From contig ML978122.1 of NCBI GenBank assembly GCA_010015805.1, positions 62,001 through 126,000 of the forward strand: 64,000 bases of DNA, written 5' to 3'. Position 1 is the stretch's first letter. Each line of letters starts with the position of its first letter. The notes under the pieces were generated by a model. The model saw nothing but the letters and a program-made list of their open reading frames with translations, had not been told where the DNA came from and searched no databases. The position numbers and the translations under genes are program-made. The stretch comes from Rhizodiscina lignyota. Its lineage: Eukaryota. Shown piece after piece: positions 23,195-35,279 of the stretch.

Positions 23195-25561
23195 ATGCCT
23201 CCCAAAAAGCGCGCTGCTGCCAAGGCAGCTACTACAACCACTCCACGCCGTAGCGCTCGAGCCGTTGAAGCTACATCCGCGAGTTCACGACCCAAGCGCG
23301 GTGCACCTGACGCGACAATGGACTCTTCAGAGCCGAAATCGAAGAAGACGAGCGCCGCCGCTGAAAAGGACGCGAACAGTGACGTGTCAGAGATCGAGAC
23401 GCAGCCCAAACGTCGCGGCCGGCCCGCTAAAGCTGCTCCTGTAGCTGCCGAAGAACCGTCCACCAACACGACGGAGGCTGCCACTACTGCTGCTCCTGCA
23501 AAACGTGGACGTGGTCGGCCTTCTAAGAAGAAGGAAGAAGTAGAGGAAGAAGCTGTCGAAAAGCCCGAAGAGGAACCAGGAGTGGATCAAGAAGTGGATC
23601 AAGAAGAGAAGGCGCCTGCGCCAAAACGTCGTGGTCGCCCGGCAAAGAAGAGCGGTTCAACTCCTGCCCCAACAGCTGAAGCTGCAAAGACCACGACGCG
23701 AAAGGGCCGATCTGCGCCAAAGCCGGAAGAGCTACCAATTGGTGAGCAGACTCAGCAAGCAGAGGCGAGTGAACAATTGATTCAGGAACAAAAAGACGCA
23801 ATGGAGGAGGAGGAAGCAGCACCTGCGCCGAAGCGCCGAGGACGTCCACCAAAAGCGAAGACTGGACCATCTGCAAAGGCTGATGAGCCTGAACCTACGG
23901 TTGGCAAAAAGCGAGGCCGCGCAGCGAAGGCTCCCGAGACAATCGAGGACGCGGAAGAGGAGGATGAAGGTCGTGCAAAGCGCACCCGGACATCGAAGGC
24001 AGTTGCCGAAGAGCTTCCTACAAAGGAGATTTCCGCGAAGGAGACCGAATCACCATCTAGTGGACGTGGATCCCGTCGCAAGCCTGTGGCTGCTCCAGCT
24101 GCCGCCGAGACAACAATCGCTGCTGATCAAGAACCATCCGTGCCACCCAAGAAGCGTGGCCGACCGAAGAAGGTAGCACTCCCAATTGCTGACGCCGATG
24201 ATACCGCTACTGTCGAGACAACCCTCGCTGCCGATGAAGAACCACTTGTTCCCAAGAAGCGTGGCCAGGCAAAGAAAGCAGCTGACTCAACCATCGAAGC
24301 TGATGATGCAGACGAGCAGGACGAGTCAGCCACAGCAAAGGGCAAAAAGCGCAAGATTGAGACAGCTCCGACAGCAGCTGAACCCGCGCCAAGCAAGCGC
24401 GGCCGCAAGTCTGCGTCTGCTGTTAAAGAGGATGATAAGGTCGTTGCTGAGACTGTTGATATGGATGATGAATATGGTCGACATTTCTGGCTCATGAAGG
24501 CTGAGCCCGAATCACGCATGGAGAAGGGCAAAGACGTCAAGTTCTCCATTGACGACCTCCAAGCTTGCATGGAGCCGGAGCCTTGGACCGGTGTCCGAAA
24601 TGTCGTTGCTCGAAACAACATGATGGCCATGAAAGTCGGCGACCTGGCTTTCTTCTATCACTCCAACACCAAGACACCCGGTATCGCGGGCATCATGGAG
24701 ATTGTGGGCGAGGCCACCGTTGACGAGACTGCCTTCGACGAGAATGATCCCTACTACGACACAAAATATCAGAACCGCGAGCTTCCGAAGTGGTTCCACG
24801 TGCATGTGGAATTCAGGCAGAAGATGCCCAAGTATCTTGGTCTGCCCGAGCTTAAGGAGCACAAGGACGGCAAGCTCAGCCAGATGCAGTTGTTCAAGCA
24901 GAGCCGTCTGAGCGTCTCCAAGGTTAGCAAGGAAGAGTGGGACTTCATCATGGAGCTCTGTGGTGCAGAGCCGGTTCCCCCAACTGATCGCGGCCCAACT
25001 ACGCGCAATGACTCTGCCGAGAAGAAGGATACTCAAGCAGCCTCATCTTCGAAAGCGAACGGATTCCTGTCTGCCAAATCTGGACGCAAGACTTCGCGTG
25101 CGGCGTCTCTCGGCCCAACCTTGCAAACACCAGCTCCAACGTCCAAGCTTCGCTCCAGTTCCGCCCAGCCTTCCTTCGACCCTGCTCTTACCCAGTCTTC
25201 TGTGCTCGCCAGCGTTGCTGAGGACGATGTGGCTGGAACTGTCCCTCCGGCTTTCGTGCTGAGGAGCAGCCCGCCGGCACCTGGTGCTGGAACCGAGCAA
25301 GCTAACGGAAATCCCGCCGCTACAAATGAAGCTGCTGGACAGGATGGTGCCAACTCCGTAAAGGAGTCTGCTTGGCTCGCGGGCCTGGTTCCCTCTATGG
25401 GCGCAGGCGAACAAACACTAGCTGGTGCAGAGCCAGACATGACGATGACGATGGGAGATATGAGCGCTCCTCCAGTTCCCGGCATCGCTTTCCCCAAGAC
25501 TCCTGTGGAGGAGGCCATGAAGCAAGCACAGGGAGATATGGAGAGCAGCTTCACTATGTGA
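23195..25561 (+). CDS. AT-hook and EVE (DUF55/THYN1-like) domain protein
   Basis: At least five RGRP AT-hook cores in a low-complexity N-terminus. EVE motifs WLMKAEP, WTGVRN, GDLAFFYHS, DPYYD and SRLSV at about 24480-24960. Confidence 0.88.
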   Translation: MPPKKRAAAKAATTTTPRRSARAVEATSASSRPKRGAPDATMDSSEPKSKKTSAAAEKDANSDVSEIETQPKRRGRPAKAAPVAAEEPSTNTTEAATTAAPAKRGRGRPSKKKEEVEEEAVEKPEEEPGVDQEVDQEEKAPAPKRRGRPAKKSGSTPAPTAEAAKTTTRKGRSAPKPEELPIGEQTQQAEASEQLIQEQKDAMEEEEAAPAPKRRGRPPKAKTGPSAKADEPEPTVGKKRGRAAKAPETIEDAEEEDEGRAKRTRTSKAVAEELPTKEISAKETESPSSGRGSRRKPVAAPAAAETTIAADQEPSVPPKKRGRPKKVALPIADADDTATVETTLAADEEPLVPKKRGQAKKAADSTIEADDADEQDESATAKGKKRKIETAPTAAEPAPSKRGRKSASAVKEDDKVVAETVDMDDEYGRHFWLMKAEPESRMEKGKDVKFSIDDLQACMEPEPWTGVRNVVARNNMMAMKVGDLAFFYHSNTKTPGIAGIMEIVGEATVDETAFDENDPYYDTKYQNRELPKWFHVHVEFRQKMPKYLGLPELKEHKDGKLSQMQLFKQSRLSVSKVSKEEWDFIMELCGAEPVPPTDRGPTTRNDSAEKKDTQAASSSKANGFLSAKSGRKTSRAASLGPTLQTPAPTSKLRSSSAQPSFDPALTQSSVLASVAEDDVAGTVPPAFVLRSSPPAPGAGTEQANGNPAATNEAAGQDGANSVKESAWLAGLVPSMGAGEQTLAGAEPDMTMTMGDMSAPPVPGIAFPKTPVEEAMKQAQGDMESSFTM

Positions 25562-26818
25562 TCGGCTGAATACAGGACTTACTGATTTTTCGGATTCTGG
25601 TGGGGTGAGGAGTTTTCACATCACAGGTACATGGTTTTTGCGATCGTGCTGGGTGGATCTAAGTCTCGGAGAAGGACTTCTCCATAGTACATGGTTTTTG
25701 CGATGGTGCCCCGACGGATCTGGGGTCAACTTTCGGATATCTATGATCGAAACTGCGAACTGATCGCCTATATATCGGGCTACTGGGCCCTGGCTGGGAT
25801 TAAATTGCTTTCGGGGTGGGGATATCATGCGAAGGACACTGGATGGACTGCTTCAGCGACCAACGCTGACATTGTCTTCGATGCTTCATAGTCGAAGCAT
25901 TTAGTCGAAGCATTGCCCCTCTACTATCCTGACAGAGCCAAAGGCGTTTTCAATGATACATTCTCTCTGCTGGCAGGAAACAACTATGATACAATTACAC
26001 TACGGTCCAAGTTTTGATTTTAGTCTTGCAATGAGCCTTGGCGGCCTAAAGTATTGATATGTCTGATGTCTTGCCTCGATGGAATTGCACCAGCCACTAT
26101 GACACTTGAAGCTCGGGTCAATGCAATGACCGCTGTCCACCCTCAAGTTTGTCTTATTTTAGTGCTTCAGGAGTCTAGCGTGATCTCGTTTTGCTCTTGC
26201 TCCGCCCTTCTAAGGAGTCAGCTCTCTGTGATCACAAAAGCTCTCTTCTCAGTCAAAATAACAACACAGGCAGACGCAGTCAACGATTCGAGTGCTTTTT
26301 CTCCGAGAGCGAACCTGGCTCTTGCTCGTGAACAATTGATAAGACAGCGGCGGAGCCACTGAAGCCACCGGATAGAGAAAGGAAGGATCCGAACCCTAAG
26401 TAACACTTTTGTAGTGTGAACTGTTACTTGCTAGGGTTTCAAAGCCCTGAAAAAGCTCAGCGTGGGTAGAAATTTCGCACGCTAGGGTTAGGGGGTTTCA
26501 ATGCTCAATATATTTTGCTTACTCAGACAAGGAGATCTGATAGGAACTCTCTTGTCTCTTACGGCAGAATGTAATTTCTGGGATGAAATCTTTTGAGATA
26601 CATTGAAAATCTCCTAAGATGTACACAGTGAGAATAGCGCATTCATAATGATATTATAGCAACACTAAAATCGAAAGTCATCCTGAATGATTGGGGAATC
26701 AAACACGAATCAACACTGCCGCATTTTTACATCAGGTCTCCAACAGCGCCCCAAATTACCTCCCAACGCCATCACAAGCCAATTACAATATCCAAACTCC
26801 ACTCCGACAGGCAAATAA

Positions 26819-29800
26819 CTAAACTGAACCTTGGCTTCTCAACGCCCTGCCCCCCCTCCTCCCACTACTTCCTCCCTGCCCAATGCTCGCACTAAAGCTC
26901 GAAGCGCCGATAGGCACATTCTCTCTATCTCCCATACCCAACCCGGCGACAGTCATCCTTGACGCACTCTTCTTCAGCGGCAGTTTGCTCATGTTCCTGG
27001 GCGAGAGCATCGCCGATCCAGTCGTGTTCTGGCGCTTCAATGGCGGCATGCCTGGATAAGCTGGCTCGCTCAATGCTGTCTCGCTGCTATTTGTACCGGC
27101 ATTGACGACGTTGATGTCCAGCTCGCGCAGACTGCTACCTGCATTTGAGCTTGAGCTCGTGGGTCTGACGCTTGCGCGGGCAATAGACATCGAAAAGGAC
27201 GATTGGCCTGAGGCAACATCGTCGGTCTTCTCGTCAGTGAAGACAGTCGTCTTGCTCGGACTACTCCTCAGCTCCAGCGCAGTCTCTACAACCTCGGACG
27301 ACGATGCCTTGGAGGGTGACTTGCTCTTCATTTTCGCCAACAAAGCATCATAGCTCTCCGTCCTTGGCAACGTCATGGGGAAATCGTACGCCACGCGCTG
27401 GGGCGTCTCGCCTGTCTGCACGTATTCGTGCAATTGCGACTCTTGAATCTCATTCCTAAGATCGTGCAGAGGCTTGCGGAGGTCTGTGTCGACGTCGGGT
27501 CCGAGCTGTGGGAGAGTTTGGCGCAAATTCTTGATACCCTGCTCTTGTACGTCGTGTTCGAAGGATTCGATGCGGGCGAAGGATTCGCTAAATTGTGCAC
27601 CAATGGTGTCATATGATGCTTGAACGGTCGAGGACAGGGAGGAGAGGGATTCAATGTGTGCTTCATGGTGGGTGTTGTTTTGCGCTCGGAGGCGGGTGAC
27701 GATGTCGTCCAGTGAGTGCAGCTGTGTATCAAGGTGTGTGAGCTGGTCGGCTACGATTTGAGTTGTTGAGTCGTGAACCGAGGAAGTCGTTTCTCGAAGC
27801 GTTGCACAGTGATCGTTGGCGGTTGCAAAGTCGCCCTTTATCTTCGCCTTGATGCTGTCACGAGTTTTGCTGACACCATCTACAGTATCAAGCGCCTTGC
27901 TCGTCCATGTATCCATGGCTTCGCCGTATGTAGTTTGAGCTTCCTCATGAATGTCCTCCGCCGGTATTGTGTCCTGTTTATAGGTGTCAAGAGCAGCCGA
28001 TAGTCGCTCATTATGGGCTTTCGCATTTGTATCAACAAGGGAGGTGATTTGAGCGAGCAATGCCGCACGTTCTTCATCCGCCCGTTTCCTTTCTTCTTCC
28101 ACGGAAGAGGTAAGGGTTGAGATGGCACTCGCTCTTGTAGCCTTTAGAGTGGCATTTGCTTTTAACATCTGGCGGCTGAGTTCGTTTGCTTCTAGCTGTT
28201 GGGCACTCAATTGCTTCAACAGGTCGTCGAATGCACCCTTGAATTCGCGACCCAGAGATGCATAAGACGAATGCAGCTGCATATGGGTTAGCAAGACTCA
28301 CTTTTGTAGCGTGAGATGTTGCACTTACTTGTGTCTGAAACCCTTCTATTTCAGCCATAATGCCAGCTGATATGCGCTGTGCCGCAGCAGAAAGACCATT
28401 CAATCCAGCCCCGACCTTTTCCTTGACATCCTCGCGAAGAGTCACTACCTCCTCTAGAACAACATTCATCTCATCCCTGGTCTTGGCCGTTTGTTCGTTG
28501 ACCTCCGCTTCTGATTTCTTGAACGATTCGACATTTTCCTGCAGGAGGTCCTGCGATGCGCCAAGTTTCGCAAGCTCATCCTGCACAAAGCTCTGCATAC
28601 GGGATGAGAGAGTTGAAATCAGTGTCTCTTGACTCGATCGGAATCCATCCATACGCTCTTCAACCAGGGAGGTCGCCTCTGACACTTTGTTCTGAGATGA
28701 AACCCAGTGTTTTCGATTCGTTGACTGAAGGTCTGATCTCCGTCTCAGCTTTGAATGGAGACCATCGATATCTGTTGTCGTCCGCCCAAGCGTCGAAATT
28801 AGATCATGTCCAATCTCTGCAAGGTTGCTCTCCGTCGCTTCATGAGCTTTTCGCAGCTTTGTTTCTTGTGACAAACTGTTTTTCGTATGCGCGAGCACAA
28901 CCTCCGTCTTTTCGAGAATGCTCCTCGTCCCGTCCAACACGAGCTTTGTGGCCTCATTATCCTTCTTCAGGCTATTAAAATTCGTCGTCAATGAGAACAG
29001 CTCCTGCACTTTGTTCCGAAGATTGGTCTCGAGCGTCTCAATCTTATCCCGCTGCTCCTCGGACAGAATTCGCCGAGATTCGCTCTCCGTCGTGATTTGC
29101 TCGTAGCTCTCCTCAGTTAGGTAGACGCCGTTTCGCTGTCGAGTCGCGATTAATTCACTCTTGAGCCTCTCAATCTCAGACGTGAATTCCTTCAACAACG
29201 TCTTCTTAGACACCATCTGGTTGACTTGAGGCTTGTTGCGGATATTCTTAGCCCGGAAAGCGTAATCCAGCGTTGAAATCGTCTCTTCCAGGTTGCTCTT
29301 CGCTGGCGAAAGCGTGGCAATGATACAAGTCTTAGTCCGCCCGCCCAATGAGTCTTGCAGTAAGCGAGTCAGTTTTGACTCTCGGTACGGGATATGTGAG
29401 CCCTTGTCTACAAGCGCATTGATAACACGTCCAAGTGTAAGCAAGCTCTTGTTTATCAATCCAGCCTCCGCTGCGCGCTTATTCTCGGCTCCGCTGCGCT
29501 GGATGTTCTCGCTTCCTGCAAGATCGACAAGATTCAACTTCCCAGCACTGACAAAGTCCTCCCCGGTATCAGTTGGCCTCTTCATGTACACAGTCACTGT
29601 GAAAACAGTGTGACTTCTTGAGCTCAGATCATTGCATTTCGTCGCGGCGACTTGGCGCTTGTGACTGCCTTCTCTTAACAGCTGAATTCCTTTAACGGCC
29701 GTCTTGATATGGGTCTCTTCCATTCCTTGCACAATTGTAGCAACATTCCCCTTCTTGCTGTTGTCCTCGAAGATTTTAAGTTTGACATGGTCGTCCGGAG

Positions 29801-30526
29801 CCAGAAGGTCTCGGAGTTCTTCGTTGTAGAGTTCAATGAAAGAGCACTTGACCGAGTTCTCGAAGTCGTCGCTCTCCAGTTTCGAGAATAGCGCGTGTAA
29901 GACTCGTGGAATGATCCCAGCAGCGTCGGGAAGCGGTAGCTGATCAGAGATGTCTCCGGACATTGTATATGTCTTTCCCGTGCCCGTTTGACCATATGCG
30001 AAAATTGTACAATTGAATCCAGCAAGGACCTGTCTTTTAATTAGCTGCAAAATGTATTTGGCGACTCTCTGCAACGCACCTCGTCCAGAATCGGTGAAAC
30101 AACTTCATCGAACACCATATTCTGGTCTGCTGCAGGGGAAAAGACCTTGTCAAAATTATACGTCTTGTTGCTGAGCGCAGTTGGCCCCATCGACAGCTGC
30201 ACCGAATTTCCCTTTATCCCGTTCGTAGACACCACAACGCCGCTGTTCTCGCGAACCTCGCGCTCGTTGCGCCCTCTGCATCGCACGACAACATTGATAT
30301 TCGTCTCCTCTCCAGCATCGCTCTCAAAGTCCCGTTGCTTCCGCTTCGTACCGCCATGCTGTGACCCAGGTGACAATATTCGTGAGACGACCGAGTCTGC
30401 TGGGGAACTTCGCCCTGTTGGCGCTGGCGTGGCAGATTGGGCGCGCATTGCGGATGGTCGAATTCTTGGTGGTGGCATATTTGATAGCTTCTTCGTTCGC
30501 GCGTCGAGACGCGGTCGGCTTGCCAT
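26819..30526 (-). CDS. bimC: Kinesin-5 (BimC/Eg5) spindle motor
   Basis: Motor motifs GQTGTGKT, SSRSH, LVDLAGSE and HIPYRESKLT; BimC box TGETPQR. Introns 30079-30030 and 28328-28277. Confidence 0.96.
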
Positions 30527-30985
30527 TGTGACGGCAACTTGTATTGTGGCCGCAAATTATATTGTGGTAAATGGCGGTGAAGTGATGAAGCAGCGACCGA
30601 CTAAGGTCAAGGCGCGTGGTGGGTGGAGATAGGGTTCAGGGTTTGTACGCAAAGGCGTCGTCACAGCAACGTGCCGTAGACGGCCTAGCACCACTTCGTC
30701 CCAGCTCCCACCTCGTGCCCCACCATCGCAAGCGGTGGACGTCAACGTCAAGCTCCAGTGTCACCTCTTACTCTTTTTCAAGAAAACAAATACGCATTCC
30801 AAACGATAAGACAGTTTGCTCGGCATGTGGACATGAACGGAACATTCTCCTCCAACATGGTCTAAGCCCAAGCGCTCCGGCCCCGTGAACACAGCACGTG
30901 GAGCCAGCAAGCAACCTAAGCCAGCTTTCTTTAGCTTCGTCTTTGCTGTCCTTCCTCTCAATATCCTTCTAAGCCATGTCCAAAT

Positions 30986-32592
30986 ATGAGCGCGATAACC
31001 ACTTCTATGAACGTCTCTCCCGGGCGATGTATTGGCTTTATCAGTAAGTTCATCCGCACTCCAAACGTCCGCAGGCATCAATAACCGCCTCAACAGCGCT
31101 GGGAGTGTCCCTCCATGACATCCTCACTCGCCTCAAGGCGCATCCACAGATTTACCCTTCCATAGACCTCTCCTACTCCTCCACCGAACCCATCTCAATG
31201 CCCGTCATCGTCACCCTTCCTCAGAATGGCCTACGGCTACGCTTTGACGGGCCAGACCAGAGACTGCGCCTCATCGAGGTGATAGATTTCACAAGGACGA
31301 AGCTAGTATATCGAGAGGATGAGATATTCAAAGCTGCAGAACCTGGTGCTTTCGATGCGCCATACGGTCCCAACTTTAGGCACATCTACAAACTCTTTGG
31401 TCCGCCTCAGCCTGGAGAATATGTACCTCCGCCAGACGACGCGGAACTTAAGGGGACATATGTCCTATCATATCCTGGCATCGCATTCTCCTTCCCACTG
31501 CTAAACTCGGCTTGGTCACAAGGAGGAACAGATTCCGCGAAAGCCACAGCGTTGCTGATGAGCTCCGCTGCGTCACCTGCTGTCTCGATGGCGCTATTCA
31601 GTGGACATTCCTGGCCAGATTCGAGGGGAGCGCTGTTCACCGCCGAGCCTCCAAATCCAAGGTCACTTGCACTGTCACAAAAAGGCAAAGAAGTCCGACC
31701 AGCAGAGATTGAGATTGCCAGAATCCACGGAGAGGGGCGCGTCGAGCTTGTGCGAAAGCTGGCTGATTCGTTCTGGATTACGCTCAGCGAGACGACTCCT
31801 CAAGACTTGATTACGGAGCTTGGCCCACCAGATGCAATATACAAGAAGGTTGACTGGCGGCTAGATATTCATAAGGAAGAAGCGGTGGGAGTGCGCTCGA
31901 ACAGCGTGAGCCCAGCAAGGGGTGAAGATTCTTCAGAGACAGGTTATTCGTCCTCATCTCACACCGAGGAGACCGATGAATCAGACGTTGACAATGAGAG
32001 AATCGTGTCCGAAAACCAAAAGGAACTAGAATCCGCGGAAGTCTTCTACAACTATTTCAGCCACGGTTTTGACATTCTGATTTCGAAACCGACGTCAACA
32101 TCTCCACCTTCTCCAACGGCACCAAAAAGGAACAAACAGGAAGCACCTCGGACAGCTGCGCCTCCTGCAAATCATCTCACGGCCACAAAGGTCATTTTCC
32201 ATGGCAACATACCCGGATCGTACACTTTCAATCGGCACCGGCGATCTAGATGGACTCTCGAGCATGTCCCAAGCCAGCACTACACTGAGGCTCTGACATC
32301 AGAGATGAAGTTCAAGGATGTCCGCGGCCGTCTCGAAGAGGTCTTCAAAGATTCCTACGCACCAGAGGACCCTGTGAATGTCTTTCGAGAAGTTGGTGAT
32401 AGCCCTAGCAGTAGCATTGAGCTCGTCGGTGGACCAATGGAAGGAATGAATGTCGGCTCAATGGAAGGGACTGTTGCGGGCTTGGGCAATGCTACGGATA
32501 AGGTTATGGGGAATACGCAGATTTTCCCGTTTCCGGGTATGCTGTTTGAGGTTCTGAAGAATGACGCGGTAAGCGCTTTGACAGTTTTCTAA
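30986..32592 (+). CDS. PHAF1/UPF0183 family protein
   Basis: Exon 1 MSAITTSMNVSPGRCIGFI, intron 31044-31096, then GLRLRFDGPDQRLRLIEV, TPQDLITELGPP, FYNYFSHGFDIL and HGNIPGSYTFNRHRRSRW. Confidence 0.85.
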
Positions 32593-32827
32593 CGCTGCAT
32601 TTTGGGAAGTTGTAGGGAATTTGGGACTAGAGCGCATCTCGGTTGCATACGGAAAATCCATGGAGCCCCTGAAATGATTGTCTAAGATTACAGACCTTGC
32701 TGCTTTTGCATTGTTGGTTTGTTTGAAATTTAAGTATTTACAGTGAAAGAAGAGAATCCGCGCTGCCCCGTCAATGTCCTCCTCTGCAAGATGCAATCTT
32801 TCCCCTTCCAAGGACTGCACTCCAAGC

Positions 32828-34188
32828 TTAACAGCTTGCACCAGTCGGGATGCCGGTGCACTCATCCGACGTCTTCCCGCCAGTAACTGCAACATCCGTC
32901 CATGTCCAGTCCGAGCACGATGCGCACAAGATATAAACATCCGTAGCATCGCTCTCCACCGTGCCCGTGATGTCCTTCAGCGTCAACCCCGTGATCGGCA
33001 CACCATCCGTCGGCGTACCCGTAGGGCTGCCATTCTCGTAGTCCTGCTCGATCACGACGCCGTAGTCGGTAATTCCGGAAAGTTTGATGTTGCTGTATGT
33101 GATATCCTTGACGCTGCCAGTCGCGCCGGAGACGGTCTTGATGCGTACGCCGTTCTGCGAGTCGGACACGGTGCAGTCCTGTACGTTGACATTGGAAACA
33201 TCGTTGTCGTCGCGGCCGCCTACTGAGCCGATGGAAATGCCGTGTCCGCCAGAGCATACGTTGTTGGTGAAGGTGATGTCGGAGCCGGAATTAACAGCCA
33301 TGCAGTCATCCTGGTTCTTAATAGTGCATCCAGTAATGGTAACACCGGTACTGCTGCCAATATCGAACGCATCAGTGTTGTGCCCGCCATCATCCCCATC
33401 ACCAGCAGAGTCATCAATCATGACGCCGGACACGGTCAGGTTGCTCGCGCCGTTGATGGACATGCATTGCACGGGCGTGTTGAGGATGCTGAGGTTCTCG
33501 ATGGACGAGTCGGTCAGGTCATGTGCCTGGAACATCTTGGGCTTTGTCTTGCCGCCATTGGAGCCCTGGCCGTCCCACCAGGCGGCACCGTTCCCATCGA
33601 GGGTGTGGCCGCTTGCGCCGGAGACCTTGATGCCAGTGCCGGAGACGGCGAGGAGGGGACCTTCCCATTCTTGGAAGGCCCAGGTTGTTTTGCCTTGGAA
33701 TTGGACCTGGGGGTTGTTAATATACTGATATGATTAAGGAAGAGTGTACGTACAACAGTGTTGTCAGCCAGGTCGGTAAGGTCGAGAGTCTCGCCTGCTG
33801 GGACGGTCATGGCACTGATGACAATTGTACTGCAGCTCTTCTTGCCATCAGCCACATCGGAGAAGTCGGTGAACGTGCAAGCAGAGGATGCGGAGACAGT
33901 AGCACTGGATTCTCCAGAACTAGCGGCTGGTGCAGCGGCGACTGCAGAGGATGCCACGGATACACTCGTTGCGTTGGACGAGGAAGTAGGAACGGCAGAG
34001 ACGGAGGAAGAGGTCGTTGCAGATGCCGCATCCACAGCTACTGGAGTTGCCTTCGAAGCTGCCGAAGTTGATTTTGTTGTCTCGGTAGACTTCGTCGAAG
34101 AGGAATCGTGCGCTTTGCATGGCGAGGCGTTGACAGCTCCAATGGAGAGAAATAAAGCCGCAAGGGCTACAAGCTTCGAATTCCGCAT
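32828..34188 (-). CDS. Secreted endopolygalacturonase (GH28)
   Basis: Signal peptide, Ser/Thr/Ala-rich linker, intron 33753-33707, and catalytic motifs HNTD, QDD, GHG and RIK. Confidence 0.95.
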
Positions 34189-35048
34189 CTTGGCGAAGAA
34201 GAACAAATCGATTCAAGGAATGTATGGACAAGAAATGGAGGCTGAAAGAGAGACAGAGAAGGCAAGCTCTTGAGAACGAGTGACAAGAGAATCCAAACCT
34301 GTTGGAAGAAGTAGATATACGACCAAGAATCAAAAGCCTCGAAGGTGAAAGCTTGTGGTTTCAAACAAACGTACCGACGCTGCCTATAAACGAAATATAA
34401 ACAGCACTTTAGCGGTAAAGGGGAGTCCGTGCCGGGCTAATTGTCATTAATTTGTTGGTGAGCAGGGTGGCTTGCCCGGCCGCTACAGATGAAACAGCTG
34501 TCCCGGCGCGTGGGAGTGGCACGACAGATCTCCCACATGGTACTCTTCTACGCGAAGCAGAGAGGGATGACTGTGGATGCCGGTGGGTGCGGCTGCGCGT
34601 CCTTTGAGTCTAGGCAATGTAGACGGTGATGCTTGGCGGTTGAGGCGAAGTTTGAGATAGACGCAGCCGTTCCGCTCCGGAAATGAAGATGGTGATGAGG
34701 TCGGACGCGAGCCGAAGAGCCCTAAGGACATTGTTCCACGTATAGGAGATTTTATCCCAGATTGGTCAGGCCACATTCAACCATATCATCTTCAATTTCT
34801 AGAAGCCTTCGTCGTCCGAAGTCGCGGAATTGCCGAGTTGATGTGAGTGGTACGTTCAAGGAGGTGGTAGATCCACACTATGGAAGCGCTGCATCCGGTT
34901 TGACATCGATTAGTTTTGAGTAGGTGCTATAAGACATTATCCATCTGTGGCGACTAATGACGTTCAAGTCTTTAACTTGATACTGTTGCTCAGTTTACCA
35001 GTGGACGTCTGTTGGCTCGAGTGGTACGCCGAGGGAGGCGTGTGACAT

Positions 35049-35180
35049 TTAGGGTTAAGGACATGCGAACCCTACCAGACATTTTTTTCAGCGAAAAGCG
35101 GGCAGAGAGAGGGTTGGAGGCTCGCAAACCCTAAATGCCAATCTTGAGTACTACACAGTCAGTAAATAGGGTTAGGGTTA
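35049..35180. promoter_or_regulatory. Cluster of TAGGGTT/AACCCTA (telobox, Tbf1-like) motifs upstream of IleRS
   Basis: TTAGGGTT at 35049, AACCCTA at 35068, AAACCCTAAA at 35126 and TAGGGTTAGGGTTA at 35167, in mixed orientations. Confidence 0.5.
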
Positions 35181-35279
35181 CACCCTCGCTCCCCAGCTTC
35201 TGAGCTCCGCAAAGTTCAAAATTTAATTGAAGCTGTCCAGCGCCGCAAAATGCCACGATAACCAGTCCGCTGTCCTTCA

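Noticed and set aside
35167..35180. TAGGGTTAGGGTTA as a telomere or interstitial telomeric array
   Set aside because: Only about two units with mixed-orientation neighbours; better explained as promoter teloboxes.
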